From an uncultured Clostridia bacterium (GTDB lineage Bacteria; Bacillota; Clostridia; TANB77; CAG-508), in the NCBI GenBank assembly GCA_947628835.1, contig CANRBL010000001.1:1618-65617 (forward strand): 64,000 bases of DNA. The letters are read 5' to 3'. The notes under the pieces were generated by a model that had not been told where the DNA came from, did no database searches, and saw only the letters and a program-made list of their open reading frames with translations. The position numbers were made by a program, and so were the translations under genes. Numbering within the stretch: the stretch's first letter is position 1; every line of letters starts with the position of its first letter. Of this stretch, positions 31,034 to 41,785 are shown piece by piece.

Positions 31034-32530
31034 TTATATTTCTTCATCATCTTCTACAGAGTCTCTTGGTTTTAATAATGGATATAAAACTACATCTCTA
31101 ATATTATAGCTATTTGTTAAAAATTGTAAGAATCTATCTACACCAAGACCCCATCCAGAAATTGGAGGCATACCATATTCCATAGCTTTAATATATTCAT
31201 AATCTATACTCATAGCCTCTTCATCTCCATTAGCTTTTAATTCACTTTGTTTTAGCAATCTTTTTTCTTGTTCTCTAGCATCAACTAACTCAGAATATCC
31301 ATTTATTATCTCTTGTCCATTTACTATTAATTGAAATCTATCAGAAATACTATTATCATTATCATTACTCCTTGCTAAAGGTGATAAATCTGTAGGATGT
31401 TTTATTAAAAATGTTGGTTCTATTATATTTGGTCTACTTACTTTTTTATATAATTGATCAATTAAATTTCCTCTTCCAAGCGTTTCTAAATCTTCTACTT
31501 CTAGATTAATATTTTTACTTTTTATCTCTTTTAATAATTTATCTGCTGTATCAAACTTATCAATGTCTATTCCACAGTCTTTTAATAATAATTCTCTAAA
31601 TGAAACTACTTTCCATTCTCCACCAAAGTCAATTGTTTTATCCCCAATTTTTATATTCAAATTTCCATCATAAAGTTTTTCGAGAATATAAACAACCATT
31701 TTTTTCATAAATTTCATATTATCTTCATAATTCCAATATGCACTATATCCTTCTACCATGGTGAAATCTTGTAAATGGTTTACATCAATACCTTCATTTC
31801 TGAAATCTCTTGCTACCTCATAAATATTGTTAAAGCCACCAATAATAAGTTTTTTTAATGTTAATTCAGGCGAAATTCTTAAGTAAACATCCATATTATG
31901 TGCATTATGATGTGCTATAAAAGGTTTTGCCGTTGCCCCTGATGCTGTATTTTGTAATGCAGGAGTCTCTACTTCAATAAATCCATTATTATCTAAAAAT
32001 TCTCTTAAAAGTCTAATAAATTTAGATCTTAATAAAAATTTCTTTTTTGCTTCTTCATTCATTATCAAATCTAGATGTCTTTCTCTGTATATTATCTCTT
32101 GATTTGACACTCCATGAAATTTTTCTGGTAAAGGTCTTAATGATTTACCTAAGAAAGTTAGTTCATAAACCTGAATTGTTTTTTCACCAGCTTGTGTTGT
32201 AAATACATCACCTTTTACACCGACAAAATCACCTATATCCGTTGTTTCATGAATTCTTTTATAATTTTCTTCTCCTAAATCATCTCTTTTAAGACATAAT
32301 TGTATATGTCCTGATATATCACTTAAATCCATAAAAGAAATCTTACCCATTTTTCTTTTTGACATTATTCTACCAGCAATAGATATATTTTTCATACCAT
32401 CTTCTAATTTTCTACTCTCTCCTATTGTATGTGATATTTCATATCTTTCTGGATGAACATTAATGCCATATTCTTGTAATTTTTGTAATTTATCCTCTCT
32501 AACTTTAATTAGTTCTTTGACATTAGCCAT
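31034..32530 (-). CDS. lysS: lysine--tRNA ligase (class II)
   Basis: N-terminal OB domain plus class II core motifs; probable start at MANVKEL rather than the upstream MRGRKF. Confidence 0.9.
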   Translation of the reverse strand: MANVKELIKVREDKLQKLQEYGINVHPERYEISHTIGESRKLEDGMKNISIAGRIMSKRKMGKISFMDLSDISGHIQLCLKRDDLGEENYKRIHETTDIGDFVGVKGDVFTTQAGEKTIQVYELTFLGKSLRPLPEKFHGVSNQEIIYRERHLDLIMNEEAKKKFLLRSKFIRLLREFLDNNGFIEVETPALQNTASGATAKPFIAHHNAHNMDVYLRISPELTLKKLIIGGFNNIYEVARDFRNEGIDVNHLQDFTMVEGYSAYWNYEDNMKFMKKMVVYILEKLYDGNLNIKIGDKTIDFGGEWKVVSFRELLLKDCGIDIDKFDTADKLLKEIKSKNINLEVEDLETLGRGNLIDQLYKKVSRPNIIEPTFLIKHPTDLSPLARSNDNDNSISDRFQLIVNGQEIINGYSELVDAREQEKRLLKQSELKANGDEEAMSIDYEYIKAMEYGMPPISGWGLGVDRFLQFLTNSYNIRDVVLYPLLKPRDSVEDDEEI

Positions 32531-32745
32531 AAATTTCCTTCCTCTCATACTTTAATTTTTGTATTTTACATTACCATGTTATAAAAATGAATATTTTTAT
32601 TATAATCTGTTCAGAAAATTTTATTTTCTAAATTCAATATACTTTTTTTACAGATTTATGATGATTTTTCCAAAAGAAAAAATCATCCAGTTTAACTGAT
32701 TGATTTTATATCTTTTGTTCTATAAAGTTCGAACAGAATTTTCGC

Positions 32746-32820
32746 TGGCTGGGGTACTAAGATTCGAACTTAGGAATGCTCGGGTCAGAGCCGAGTGCCT
32801 TACCGCTTGGCGATACCCCA
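32746..32820 (-). tRNA. tRNA-Gln (anticodon CTG)
   Basis: cloverleaf TGGGGTATCGCCAAGCGGTAAGGCACTCGGCTCTGACCCGAGC...GTTCGAATCTTAGTACCCCAGCCA, anticodon loop CTCTGAC, encoded CCA; missed by the ORF track. Confidence 0.85.
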
Positions 32821-32950
32821 ATATTTTTATATTTTTTATTTTATCATATATTTTTATTTTTTGCTACCCTTTTTATATAATTTTTTCAAATTTTGTTAAT
32901 ACATTATTATAGAACGAAAGCAGACATTATTAACATTTTATAGAACAAAT

Positions 32951-33045
32951 CGGAAAGCCTTAATATTTCACTAATTTTTTTATTTTTCTTTGGCTTTCCG
33001 TAAATTTGTTCTTGCGCGAAATTCACATAGTGAATTTCTGTGCAA
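32951..33045. repeat. palindromic repeat module, family 2, copy 1
   Basis: CGGAAAGCC...GGCTTTCCG inverted repeat plus perfect palindrome gaaattcacatagtgaatttc inside ttcttgcgcgaaattcacatagtgaatttctgtgcaa; ~40 nt near-identical to 48003..48045. Confidence 0.6.
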
Positions 33046-33151
33046 TTAGTTTTATATAATAGGAAATGTCAGTATGACTTTCCTATTATATAAAAAAAAC
33101 AGACTTCTCATCTGCTTTTTTTATATATAGGATTTTTTATGTTAAACATTT

Positions 33152-33496
33152 TTAATTAGTGGAAGCCCATCTTAGCATTTTTATATTTTTATAACTATCT
33201 AATACATAAGAATATTTCTCATATTCTTCCTCCCAAATTGCTCTTGGCACTTTTTCAAATGCATCAAAAATTTTTTCAGCTTCCATCAAATATATTACTT
33301 GTTCTTGTTTACTTAATTTGTCATATTTTTTTGATAAGTTATATAATTTATCAAGTAATTGGTTTGCTTCTATAAAGCTCCAAAAATCTTTTACATTCAT
33401 TCCTGCTAATTTTATTTGCATTACTGCATATGCGATTAATCCAAAAATTATGAACATTAATATATATATTATAAAAAATATTGTCATAATAATCAC
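33152..33496 (-). CDS. hypothetical single-pass membrane protein
   Basis: N-terminal TM helix and charged C-terminus; no recognised family. Confidence 0.4.
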   Translation of the reverse strand: MIIMTIFFIIYILMFIIFGLIAYAVMQIKLAGMNVKDFWSFIEANQLLDKLYNLSKKYDKLSKQEQVIYLMEAEKIFDAFEKVPRAIWEEEYEKYSYVLDSYKNIKMLRWASTN

Positions 33497-33570
33497 CTCT
33501 TTTTATTTCACCTTTGTATTATTATCACTTACATTTATATTATAGCACAAAATTTTCCAATTCGCAACAT

Positions 33571-33624
33571 TTTTGTAATATATTTGTAATATTCTAGCAA
33601 TATTTGTAACATTTTCGTAATATA
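33571..33624. promoter_or_regulatory. array of ATTTGTAA(T/C)AT direct repeats (putative operator) upstream of the Lon-like protease gene
   Basis: four direct copies of ttt(g/c)gtaa(t/c)at at 33571, 33584, 33603 and 33614, plus inverted ttacaaat copies at 33642 and 33691. Confidence 0.35.
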
Positions 33625-33722
33625 CAATATTTTAAATATACTTTACAAATTAATTTTAGTAATATAAAATGTACTTGATATTTTTTTACAAATTGGGAAT
33701 ATTATAAAATGGAGGAAAACAA

Positions 33723-36110
33723 ATGAAGAAAAAAAATGAACTTTCATATAATGACTTAAAAATGACCTGTGATACTAATATGTTTAAATTTGATACTACA
33801 GAAGGACTTGAAACAATTGTTACAGGTATAGGCCAAGATAGAGGAATTAAAGCTTTAGAATTTGGTATCCAAATAGATGTAAAAGGATATAACATTTACT
33901 TAGAAGGTCCTAGTGGTGTTGGAAAAACTCGATACACAAAAAATTATTTAGATAAAATTGCTTTAAAAAAGAAAACCCCATCTGATTGGTGCTATATTCA
34001 TAATTTTGATAATCCAAATGAGCCAATTGCTGTATCTCTTCCTGCTGGACATGGTAAAGCTTTTCAAGATGATATGAATGATTTTATAAAAGATATAAAA
34101 AAGGATATACAAAAAACATTCAATACTAATGATTTTGAAAAGGAAAAAACTTTAATAAGACAAGAGTTTGAAGAAAAGCGAAGTGCTTTAATGGACAAAT
34201 TAAATAATGATGCCTTAAAATATGGTTTTCAAGTAAAAAGCGCTCAAAATGGTATTTATATGATGCCTGTTATTGACGGAAAAACAATTGAAGAAGATGA
34301 ATTTGAAAAACTTGATGATAATATAAAACAAGAATTTGAAGAAAAATCATCTATTGTACAAGAACAAATAATGGACGTAATTGGAAAGATAAAAGAAATT
34401 GAACGTCAATCTGATAAAAAAATATCAGAATGGCAATCTAATGTTGCTTTACTTACAGTAAATGTTCATATAAATTATCTAAAATCAAAATATAAAAGAA
34501 ATAAAAAAATAAACAAATTTTTAACTGATGTTAAGCATAATATTTTAAATAATATACCTTCTTTTTTAGAAGATAACAACAATAATAATCAAAATAATAA
34601 TCAGCAAAATCCAATGAACAAAAAACCTGATCCTTGTCTAAATTACAGAGTTAATTTATTTGTTGATAATAGCAATCAAGAAGGTGCGCCAGTTATAATG
34701 GATTCCAATTATTCTTACCATAATATTTTTGGTAAGTTAGAATATGAAAATTATTATGGTTCACTAAAAACTGATTATACTATGTTACAGCCTGGTCTTT
34801 TACACAAAGCTAATGGCGGATATATTATATTTCAAGCAAAAGACTTGCTTTCAAATGGATTATGCTATGAAGCATTAAAAAAAGCATTACGTATAAAAGA
34901 ATTAGGAATTGAAAATTCTGCTGACCAACGTTCTTCAATGGTTATGGTTTCTTTAAAGCCTGAACCAATTCCAATAGATGTAAAAGTAATTTTAATTGGT
35001 AATAGTGAAATTTATCATTCACTTTTAGCAATAGATTCAGACTTTAGAAAATTATTTAAAATAAAAGTTGAATTTGAAGATGACGCCCCAATTAATGAAG
35101 AAAATGTTAATAAATTAGCAAGATTTGTTCATGGTTTTTGTGAACAAGAAAATTTGCCACATTTAGATAAATCTGCAATGGCAAGAATTGTTGAATATTC
35201 TTCAAGAATTGCTGGTGACAATACTAAATTATCAACTAGATTTAATGATTTATCTCAAATAATTGGTGAGGCTGCAACTTGGGCTCGTTTGGATAAAGCT
35301 AAGATTGTTACAGATAAATATATTATTAAAGCTCTTGAAGAAAGAAACGAAAGAGTAAAAAAATATGATTCAAAATATATAGAAATGATTAAAGAGAATT
35401 CTCTATTAATTGATACTAGTGGTAGTAAAGTCGGTGAGTTAAATGGTCTTACAGTTATGACTATTGGAGATTATACTTTTGGAAAACCTGCAAAAATAAC
35501 AGTTAATACTTATACAGGTAAAGCTGGAATAGTAAATATAGAAAGAGAAGTTGAACTTTCTGGTTCTTCTCATTCAAAAGGTGTTTTAATATTATCTGGT
35601 TACATTGGAGAAATGTTTGCACAAGATATTCCATTATGTTTAACTGCTAGTATATGTTTTGAGCAATTGTATAATGGTGTAGATGGAGATAGTGCATCTA
35701 GTACTGAATTATATGGTTTACTTTCTAGCTTATCAGGTATTCCAATTAAGCAATCTATTGCAGTTACTGGTTCTGTAAATCAAAAAGGACAAATTCAACC
35801 TATAGGCGGTGTAAATGAAAAAATTGAAGGATTTTTCCAAATTTGTAAACTACGTGGTTTAGATGGTTCTCATGGTGTTATGATTCCAATTCAAAATATA
35901 AAAAATCTTCAACTTTCTGATGATGTTGTTGAAGCTGTAAAAAATAATATGTTTCATATTTATTCTGTTTCAAATATTGATGAAGGAATTGAAATTTTAA
36001 CAGGCGTACCAGCAGGTAAAAAAGATGCTAATGGAAAATTTCCAGCAGGTACAATTAATTATTTAGTTTATGAAAAATTAAAAAAATACTCAAAAATAAG
36101 TGAAAAATAA
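33723..36110 (+). CDS. Lon-like ATP-dependent protease (LonC-type: AAA+ module with helical insert plus S16 Ser-Lys protease domain)
   Basis: Walker A EGPSGVGKT; long coiled-coil insertion; C-terminal Lon proteolytic domain DGDSASSTELYGLLS with downstream catalytic Lys region. Confidence 0.75.
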   Translation: MKKKNELSYNDLKMTCDTNMFKFDTTEGLETIVTGIGQDRGIKALEFGIQIDVKGYNIYLEGPSGVGKTRYTKNYLDKIALKKKTPSDWCYIHNFDNPNEPIAVSLPAGHGKAFQDDMNDFIKDIKKDIQKTFNTNDFEKEKTLIRQEFEEKRSALMDKLNNDALKYGFQVKSAQNGIYMMPVIDGKTIEEDEFEKLDDNIKQEFEEKSSIVQEQIMDVIGKIKEIERQSDKKISEWQSNVALLTVNVHINYLKSKYKRNKKINKFLTDVKHNILNNIPSFLEDNNNNNQNNNQQNPMNKKPDPCLNYRVNLFVDNSNQEGAPVIMDSNYSYHNIFGKLEYENYYGSLKTDYTMLQPGLLHKANGGYIIFQAKDLLSNGLCYEALKKALRIKELGIENSADQRSSMVMVSLKPEPIPIDVKVILIGNSEIYHSLLAIDSDFRKLFKIKVEFEDDAPINEENVNKLARFVHGFCEQENLPHLDKSAMARIVEYSSRIAGDNTKLSTRFNDLSQIIGEAATWARLDKAKIVTDKYIIKALEERNERVKKYDSKYIEMIKENSLLIDTSGSKVGELNGLTVMTIGDYTFGKPAKITVNTYTGKAGIVNIEREVELSGSSHSKGVLILSGYIGEMFAQDIPLCLTASICFEQLYNGVDGDSASSTELYGLLSSLSGIPIKQSIAVTGSVNQKGQIQPIGGVNEKIEGFFQICKLRGLDGSHGVMIPIQNIKNLQLSDDVVEAVKNNMFHIYSVSNIDEGIEILTGVPAGKKDANGKFPAGTINYLVYEKLKKYSKISEK

Positions 36111-36125
36111 ATTTTCACTTATTTT
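36097..36125 (+). terminator. rho-independent terminator of the Lon-like gene
   Basis: AAGTGAAAA / TTTTCACTT stem overlapping the stop codon, followed by ATTTTTACT; two further hairpins at 36128-36162 and 36165-36192. Confidence 0.55.
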
Positions 36126-36229
36126 TACTGAAGTTGTTAAAGCTTGCTTGTTACAACTTCAGTATGCAGATAAATGTAAACATTTATCTGCATTCCTATA
36201 ATTTTGCTGACATCAAACCGCAATTATTT

Positions 36230-37543
36230 TCAATTATTATAACCAGGTTTTTCTAATAATTTAAACATATTTTTCTTATATTCTTCTACTCCTGGTTGAT
36301 TAAATGGATCAACTCCCAATATCATTCCTGATACTGCACATGCTTTTTCAAAGAAATAGATTAAATGACCTATAGTTTCTTCATTTAGTTTTTGCATATT
36401 AATCATAATATTAGGTACATCTCCAGATATATGTGCTTCAACAGTACCTTCCATAGCCTTTTTATTTACATAGTCTAATTCTTTACCTGCTAAATAATTC
36501 AATCCATCTAAATTATTTTCATCAGAATTTATTAAAATATTAGAGTTTGGTTCTTTTATGTTTATAACAGTTTCAAATAAATTTCTTCTTCCATCTTGTA
36601 TATATTGACCCATTGAATGTAAATCTGTAGTAAATTCTACACCTGCTGGAAATATTCCTTTCTTTTCTTTTCCTTCACTTTCTCCATATAATTGTTTCCA
36701 CCATTCTGTAAAAAAGTGCATTTTAGGTTCATAATTTACTAAAATTTCTATATTTTTTTCTGATTTATATAATATATTTCTTGCTACTGCATATTGATAA
36801 CATTCATTATATTTTAATTTACTATCTTCATATTTGTACTGTGCTACTCTTGCTCCTTCCATCAATTTATCTATATCTATTCCTGCTACTGCTATTGGCA
36901 ATAATCCCACTGCTGTTAATACTGAATATCTACCTCCTATATTATCTGGTATAACAAATGTTTCATATCCTTCCTCATCAGCTAAGGTTTTTAATGCTCC
37001 CCTTTGTTTATCAGTAGTAACAAATATTCTTCTTTGGGCTTCTTCTATTCCATATTTATTTTCTATCATTTCTCTGAATATTCTAAATGCAATTGCTGGC
37101 TCTGTTGTAGTTCCTGATTTAGATATTACATTTATAGAAAAATCTCTATCCCCTATTATTTCTATTAAATCATTTATATAGTTAGGACTTAAATTATTTC
37201 CAACATATAATATTTGAGGATGTTTCCTTTTCTTGTATGGTAACATATTATAAAACGTATTTGTTAAAGATTCTATAACTGCTCTTGCACCTAAATATGA
37301 ACCACCTATTCCAATTACTACTAATACTTCTGAATTTTCTACTATTTTTTCTGCTGATTTTTTTATCTTATTAAATTCTTCTTTATCATATTTACTTGGC
37401 AATTTTAACCAGCCTACAAAATCATCTTCTTTGTCTGCCCTTTCATTTAATTCTTTGTGTATGCTTTCTACAGTTTTACTGTATTCCATAATTTCCTTTT
37501 GCTCAATTCCACTATTTTTTAAATCAATCTTAACTTCAAACAT
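36230..37543 (-). CDS. pgi: glucose-6-phosphate isomerase
   Basis: [15 protein letters not shown]-domain motif and PGI family length. Confidence 0.85.
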   Translation of the reverse strand: MFEVKIDLKNSGIEQKEIMEYSKTVESIHKELNERADKEDDFVGWLKLPSKYDKEEFNKIKKSAEKIVENSEVLVVIGIGGSYLGARAVIESLTNTFYNMLPYKKRKHPQILYVGNNLSPNYINDLIEIIGDRDFSINVISKSGTTTEPAIAFRIFREMIENKYGIEEAQRRIFVTTDKQRGALKTLADEEGYETFVIPDNIGGRYSVLTAVGLLPIAVAGIDIDKLMEGARVAQYKYEDSKLKYNECYQYAVARNILYKSEKNIEILVNYEPKMHFFTEWWKQLYGESEGKEKKGIFPAGVEFTTDLHSMGQYIQDGRRNLFETVINIKEPNSNILINSDENNLDGLNYLAGKELDYVNKKAMEGTVEAHISGDVPNIMINMQKLNEETIGHLIYFFEKACAVSGMILGVDPFNQPGVEEYKKNMFKLLEKPGYNN

Positions 37544-37747
37544 ATAACCACACTCCTTTTTTTATTATAGAAATTACATCTTGCATATGCAATTTTTATA
37601 TGTTCATTATATATAACTATAATAAATATTGCAAGATAAAAATAAAAACTATACTATTTTGTAGTTACAAGTTAATGGTTTTTAATAGATAAATTACTAA
37701 AAACATTATATGTTACACGTTAATGGTTTTAAAAGGATAAATTTCTA

Positions 37748-38033
37748 AAAGCATTGAAATATAAGATTTTCACTACATTCCTCGGCTCTTTACAAAGCTT
37801 AAGAACTTCTAACTTATTTTATGGCACCCTTTCACTCAACGCGAACTATTTCCATAAAATTGCGTAGAATTTCTAAAGTTTTTCCAAGTTCTAGACAATT
37901 GCGTGCAATTGTCGTAGAAATTGGTTATGCGAAAATTAGATTTTCTTATGGCAAAGCCATATAGAAAATCTTAATTTCGTTTTTCCAATCACATTCGTCA
38001 TTTCATTCAAATTCTTATATTTCAATGCTTTTT
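37748..38033. repeat. nested palindromic element (family 1-related core inside outer inverted repeats)
   Basis: outer inverted repeat gcattgaaatataaga / tcttatatttcaatgc; inner palindrome gaaaattagattttct...agaaaatcttaatttc; core ttatggcaccctttcactcaacgcgaac resembles the family-1 core. Confidence 0.6.
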
Positions 38034-38157
38034 TAAGTATATTGCACAGAAACCATTATATAGTAACGCATTATATTATAAATTTAAAAATAACTCTTTA
38101 AATTACATTAATTTTGTAGTATAATATAATTATATTGAGTGAAAGGAATTTTAAATT

Positions 38158-38607
38158 ATGTGGAAATTATGGTTAATAGCTTCTGGAATATTTTTTATAG
38201 GTGAAATGGTCACAGTTGGTTTTTTAATATTTTGGCTTGGAATTGGTGCATTACTAGCAATGGTTGCCAGTTTCTTTACTGATAATATTATAATTCAGAC
38301 AACAATTTTTGTTATTTCTTCTGGATTACTTATTTTTGCCACAAAACCTTTTGTAAAAAAATTTGCAAAAAGTAAAAATCCTATTAATACCAATGTATAT
38401 TCAATAATTGGCAAAAAAGGTATTGTTATAGAAGATATTAATCCTAGCAAAAGTTGTGGACAAATTAAAATTGCAGGTGAAGTATGGTCTGCTACATGCG
38501 ACGAAAATTTGACTATAGAAAAAGGTACTGAAATAGAAGTTTGTGAAATTAATGGTGTAAAAGCATATGTAAAGCCTATAAATGTAGTAGTTACTAAAGA
38601 TAATTAA
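38158..38607 (+). CDS. NfeD-family membrane protein (short form)
   Basis: two TM helices plus a C-terminal OB-fold; immediately upstream of an SPFH gene, the classic nfeD-SPFH pairing. Confidence 0.7.
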   Translation: MWKLWLIASGIFFIGEMVTVGFLIFWLGIGALLAMVASFFTDNIIIQTTIFVISSGLLIFATKPFVKKFAKSKNPINTNVYSIIGKKGIVIEDINPSKSCGQIKIAGEVWSATCDENLTIEKGTEIEVCEINGVKAYVKPINVVVTKDN

Positions 38608-38715
38608 ATGTTTAAATCAAATAATTGTTATTTATGTTTTAATGTTGCTAATTAATTTTTTATAATTGACAAATAGTAGCATTTAAAAATTTTATAAATA
38701 AAAGGAGGAATTATT

Positions 38716-39612
38716 ATGGCTTTTTTAATTGTATTATTAGTTATAATTTTAATTATTGCTTTTAAATCAATCAAAGTTGTCAGACAATCCGAAGTGTATA
38801 TCATTGAAAGACTTGGAAAATTTCATAAAATTGCTGATGCTGGTTTAACAATTATAGTTCCATTTATGGATAATGTAAGAAGTGTTGTAAGCCTAAAACA
38901 GCAAACAATGGATATACCACCTCAAGGAGTTATTACAAAAGATAATGTTACAATTACTATAGATACTGTTGTTTTCTATCAAATAACAGACCCTGCAAAA
39001 GCAGTATACGAAATTCAAAGTTTAAAGAAAGGTATTGAGTATTTAGCTATTACTACAATTCGTGATATTGTTGGTAAAATGGATTTAGACGAAACTTTTA
39101 GTTCTCGTGATGCTATTAATCAACAACTTAGAGCTATCTTAGATGAAGCTACTGATAGATGGGGTTGTAAAATAGATAGAGTAGAAATTAAAGACATTAA
39201 TCCACCAGCAGATATTCGTGATGCAATGGAAAAACAGATGAATGCTGAAAGAAATAAAAGAGCTTTAATTCTTGAAGCAGAAGCACAAAGACAATCTGAC
39301 ATAACTATTGCTGAAGGTAAAAAACAAGCTGCTATATTAGAAGCTGAAGCTGATAGCGAAGCAAGAATGAGAAGAGCAACTGGTGAAGCTAATGCTATCA
39401 AAAAAGTTGCTGAAGCAAAAGCAGAAGAAATTAAACTTGTTTATGAAGCTATTAAAGATTCAAAACCTGATGAAAAATTAATTCAATTAAAATCTTTAGA
39501 AGCATTAGAAGAAGTTGCAAAAGGTGATGCAAATAAAGTATTTATTCCTTTTGATGCAACAAGTGCATTAGGTTCTTTAGGAGCTATGAAAGAAATAGTT
39601 AAAGATAAATAA
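38716..39612 (+). CDS. SPFH/Band 7 (stomatin-like) protein
   Basis: N-terminal TM helix, PHB domain (VVRQSEVYIIERLGKF...) and A/E-rich coiled-coil C-terminus. Confidence 0.8.
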   Translation: MAFLIVLLVIILIIAFKSIKVVRQSEVYIIERLGKFHKIADAGLTIIVPFMDNVRSVVSLKQQTMDIPPQGVITKDNVTITIDTVVFYQITDPAKAVYEIQSLKKGIEYLAITTIRDIVGKMDLDETFSSRDAINQQLRAILDEATDRWGCKIDRVEIKDINPPADIRDAMEKQMNAERNKRALILEAEAQRQSDITIAEGKKQAAILEAEADSEARMRRATGEANAIKKVAEAKAEEIKLVYEAIKDSKPDEKLIQLKSLEALEEVAKGDANKVFIPFDATSALGSLGAMKEIVKDK

Positions 39613-39650
39613 ACTGTAAAAAATAGATTAATAAATGAATAAATAATAAA

Positions 39651-39754
39651 GCAAGCCTAAAATTTTCTTAAATTTTGCATTTGATAGATTTCTTAGCCGT
39701 ATGAGTGTAAACGAATTACGGATAAGTTATGCATTAGAAAAATCTTAGGCTTGC
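39651..39754. repeat. palindromic repeat module with perfect 10-bp termini
   Basis: GCAAGCCTAA ... TTAGGCTTGC with internal ttagattttctta-like arms shared with 37932-37980 and 48110-48160; a partial copy (ggcaagcct) at 591-599. Confidence 0.55.
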
Positions 39755-39792
39755 CATATTTTTATTTTACTTTTTATGTAACATTTTCTTTT

Positions 39793-40551
39793 TTACCTTA
39801 CCTCGGCATTCTTTATTTTCCATTTATATAATTCTACTTTTTCACTTCTTTGTTTTGATAATACTTCGATATAATTACGTATATCCTCATTTTTTATATT
39901 CGGAACAGAATCTAATACATTATACTCAATTTTATAATTTTTTCTTTGTATATATTGCTCAGGATTTAATTTATCAAATTGAGTGTCAATATCATTAAAT
40001 AATTGTTCAAATCTAATTCTTACATCTTCCTTCAAATGACCTTGCTCAAAAAAATCCTTTCTTGAACAACCTATTTGAGTTAATAGATTATCTAATTGTT
40101 TTAAAGCAACTGAAACTGATACTTTAACTCTAATTTGTTCATTCGAAAATTGTTTTGCACTTTGCAAACGTTTATAAAATTGTTTTATTTCATCAGAATT
40201 ATTGATATTTTTTTCTTTATTGCTAGAATTTTTCTCAATAATATTTATATTATTTTCTTCAGAAGTACTTAATTTTAACAAATTTCCAATTTTTTCTTTT
40301 GAATTTAGAGTATATATTGCATCTAAAGTTCTTAATTTTGCCACTTGGCTTTTTGTTAAATTCGTACTATTAATAGATTTTGCTATATTCTTTATTTCTT
40401 CTTTTATATCGTTTGGTATCTCATTATTTTCATTTAATTTCATATTTTTCAATATTTGAGTTAACTTTTCTATTTTTATATCTTCCTCATTTATTACAAT
40501 TGACTTTAATTTGTTATACCAATTTTTAGAAATTTTATTAATTATTTTCAC
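39793..40551 (-). CDS. hypothetical N/K/E-rich protein, probably coiled-coil
   Basis: ORF only; no recognisable motif. Confidence 0.35.
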   Translation of the reverse strand: MKIINKISKNWYNKLKSIVINEEDIKIEKLTQILKNMKLNENNEIPNDIKEEIKNIAKSINSTNLTKSQVAKLRTLDAIYTLNSKEKIGNLLKLSTSEENNINIIEKNSSNKEKNINNSDEIKQFYKRLQSAKQFSNEQIRVKVSVSVALKQLDNLLTQIGCSRKDFFEQGHLKEDVRIRFEQLFNDIDTQFDKLNPEQYIQRKNYKIEYNVLDSVPNIKNEDIRNYIEVLSKQRSEKVELYKWKIKNAEVR

Positions 40552-40659
40552 TTTTTATTCCTCCCTATTATTTAATTATATTATTATTTCTATTTTTTAT
40601 TATAATTTTATAATTATAAATCCCAATTACGCAATATCCATTATTATATTACAGTTATG

Positions 40660-41700
40660 TCAATAATTATTTAAATTTTTTCGTCTTAATTGACCACATG
40701 CTGCATCTATATCTGAGCCTAATTCTCTCCTTATAGTAGCAACAATTCCATGTTCATTTAAATAATCTCTAAATTTAATTATATTTTCATTATCACTTTT
40801 TATATATTTTCCATTTTCTATTTTATTAATTGGAATTAAATTAACATGACATATCATTCCTTTTAATAAACTAACTAATTTTTTTGCATCTTCAATATTA
40901 TCATTGTTATCTTTTGCTAATGCATACTCAAAAGATATTCTTTTATTTGTTATTTTTATATAATCTTTACACGCTTGTAATAATTGCTCTATATTATATA
41001 CATCATTTATTGGCATCATACTACTTCTTTTTTCATCTGTTGTTGCATGTAATGATATAGATAATGTGCATTGTATATTTTCGTTTGCTAAATCATATAT
41101 TTTTGGTACTATACCACTTGTTGATATGCTTATATGTCGTGCTCCTATATTAAGACCTTTTGGATTATTAATAATTTTTATTGCATTTACTACATTATCA
41201 TAATTATCTAATGGCTCTCCAATTCCCATAAAAACTATATTAGATATTTTTATATTTTCTTCTCTTTCCACTGCAAGAAGCTGTTCAACTATTTCGCCAC
41301 TTGTTAAACTTCTTATAAATTTTATTCCTGTTGAGGCACAAAATTTACAGCCCATTTTACAACCAATTTGTGAAGAAACACATATACTATATCCATGATG
41401 ATATTTCATTAATACCGTTTCTATTGCATTTCCATCTAATGTATCAAATAAATACTTTTTTGTTCCATCTGATGCTTCTTGTTTTTTTATTATTTTAAAT
41501 ATACACATTGTAAAATTATTTTTTAATTTTTCTCTTAACTCTAATGATAGATTTGTCATATTATCAAAATTTATTTCCTTTTGTTCATATATCCATTTAA
41601 ATACCTGCTCTGCTCTAAATGGTTTTTCTCCTAATTTAATAAATTCTTCTTTTAGTTCATTCAAATTATAGTCCTTTATATTCTTCACGTTGACCTCCAT
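40660..41700 (-). CDS. rlmN: 23S rRNA/tRNA adenine-C2 methyltransferase (radical SAM)
   Basis: CKMGCKFCAST radical-SAM cluster motif and RlmN length. Confidence 0.85.
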   Translation of the reverse strand: MEVNVKNIKDYNLNELKEEFIKLGEKPFRAEQVFKWIYEQKEINFDNMTNLSLELREKLKNNFTMCIFKIIKKQEASDGTKKYLFDTLDGNAIETVLMKYHHGYSICVSSQIGCKMGCKFCASTGIKFIRSLTSGEIVEQLLAVEREENIKISNIVFMGIGEPLDNYDNVVNAIKIINNPKGLNIGARHISISTSGIVPKIYDLANENIQCTLSISLHATTDEKRSSMMPINDVYNIEQLLQACKDYIKITNKRISFEYALAKDNNDNIEDAKKLVSLLKGMICHVNLIPINKIENGKYIKSDNENIIKFRDYLNEHGIVATIRRELGSDIDAACGQLRRKNLNNY

Positions 41701-41785
41701 TTTACATTATATACCTACATATTTTTTAGACCTAACAACTTGCAACATATTTTTACTTCATATATAATAATTAAATTTAAATGTA

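Noticed and set aside
32700-32912. 70-aa plus-strand ORF
   Set aside because: It overlaps the tRNA-Gln gene on the opposite strand. It has no RBS and is an artefact of the tRNA sequence.
33723-36110. BREX BrxL assignment for the Lon-like protease
   Set aside because: No pglX, pglZ, brxA, brxB or brxC genes are present nearby. The gene is monocistronic between a membrane-protein gene and pgi, so it is called a generic LonC-type protease.
36128-36192. terminator for pgi on the minus strand
   Set aside because: Two good hairpins are present but neither is followed by a U-tract in the minus direction. They are listed only as stem-loops associated with the plus-strand terminator region.
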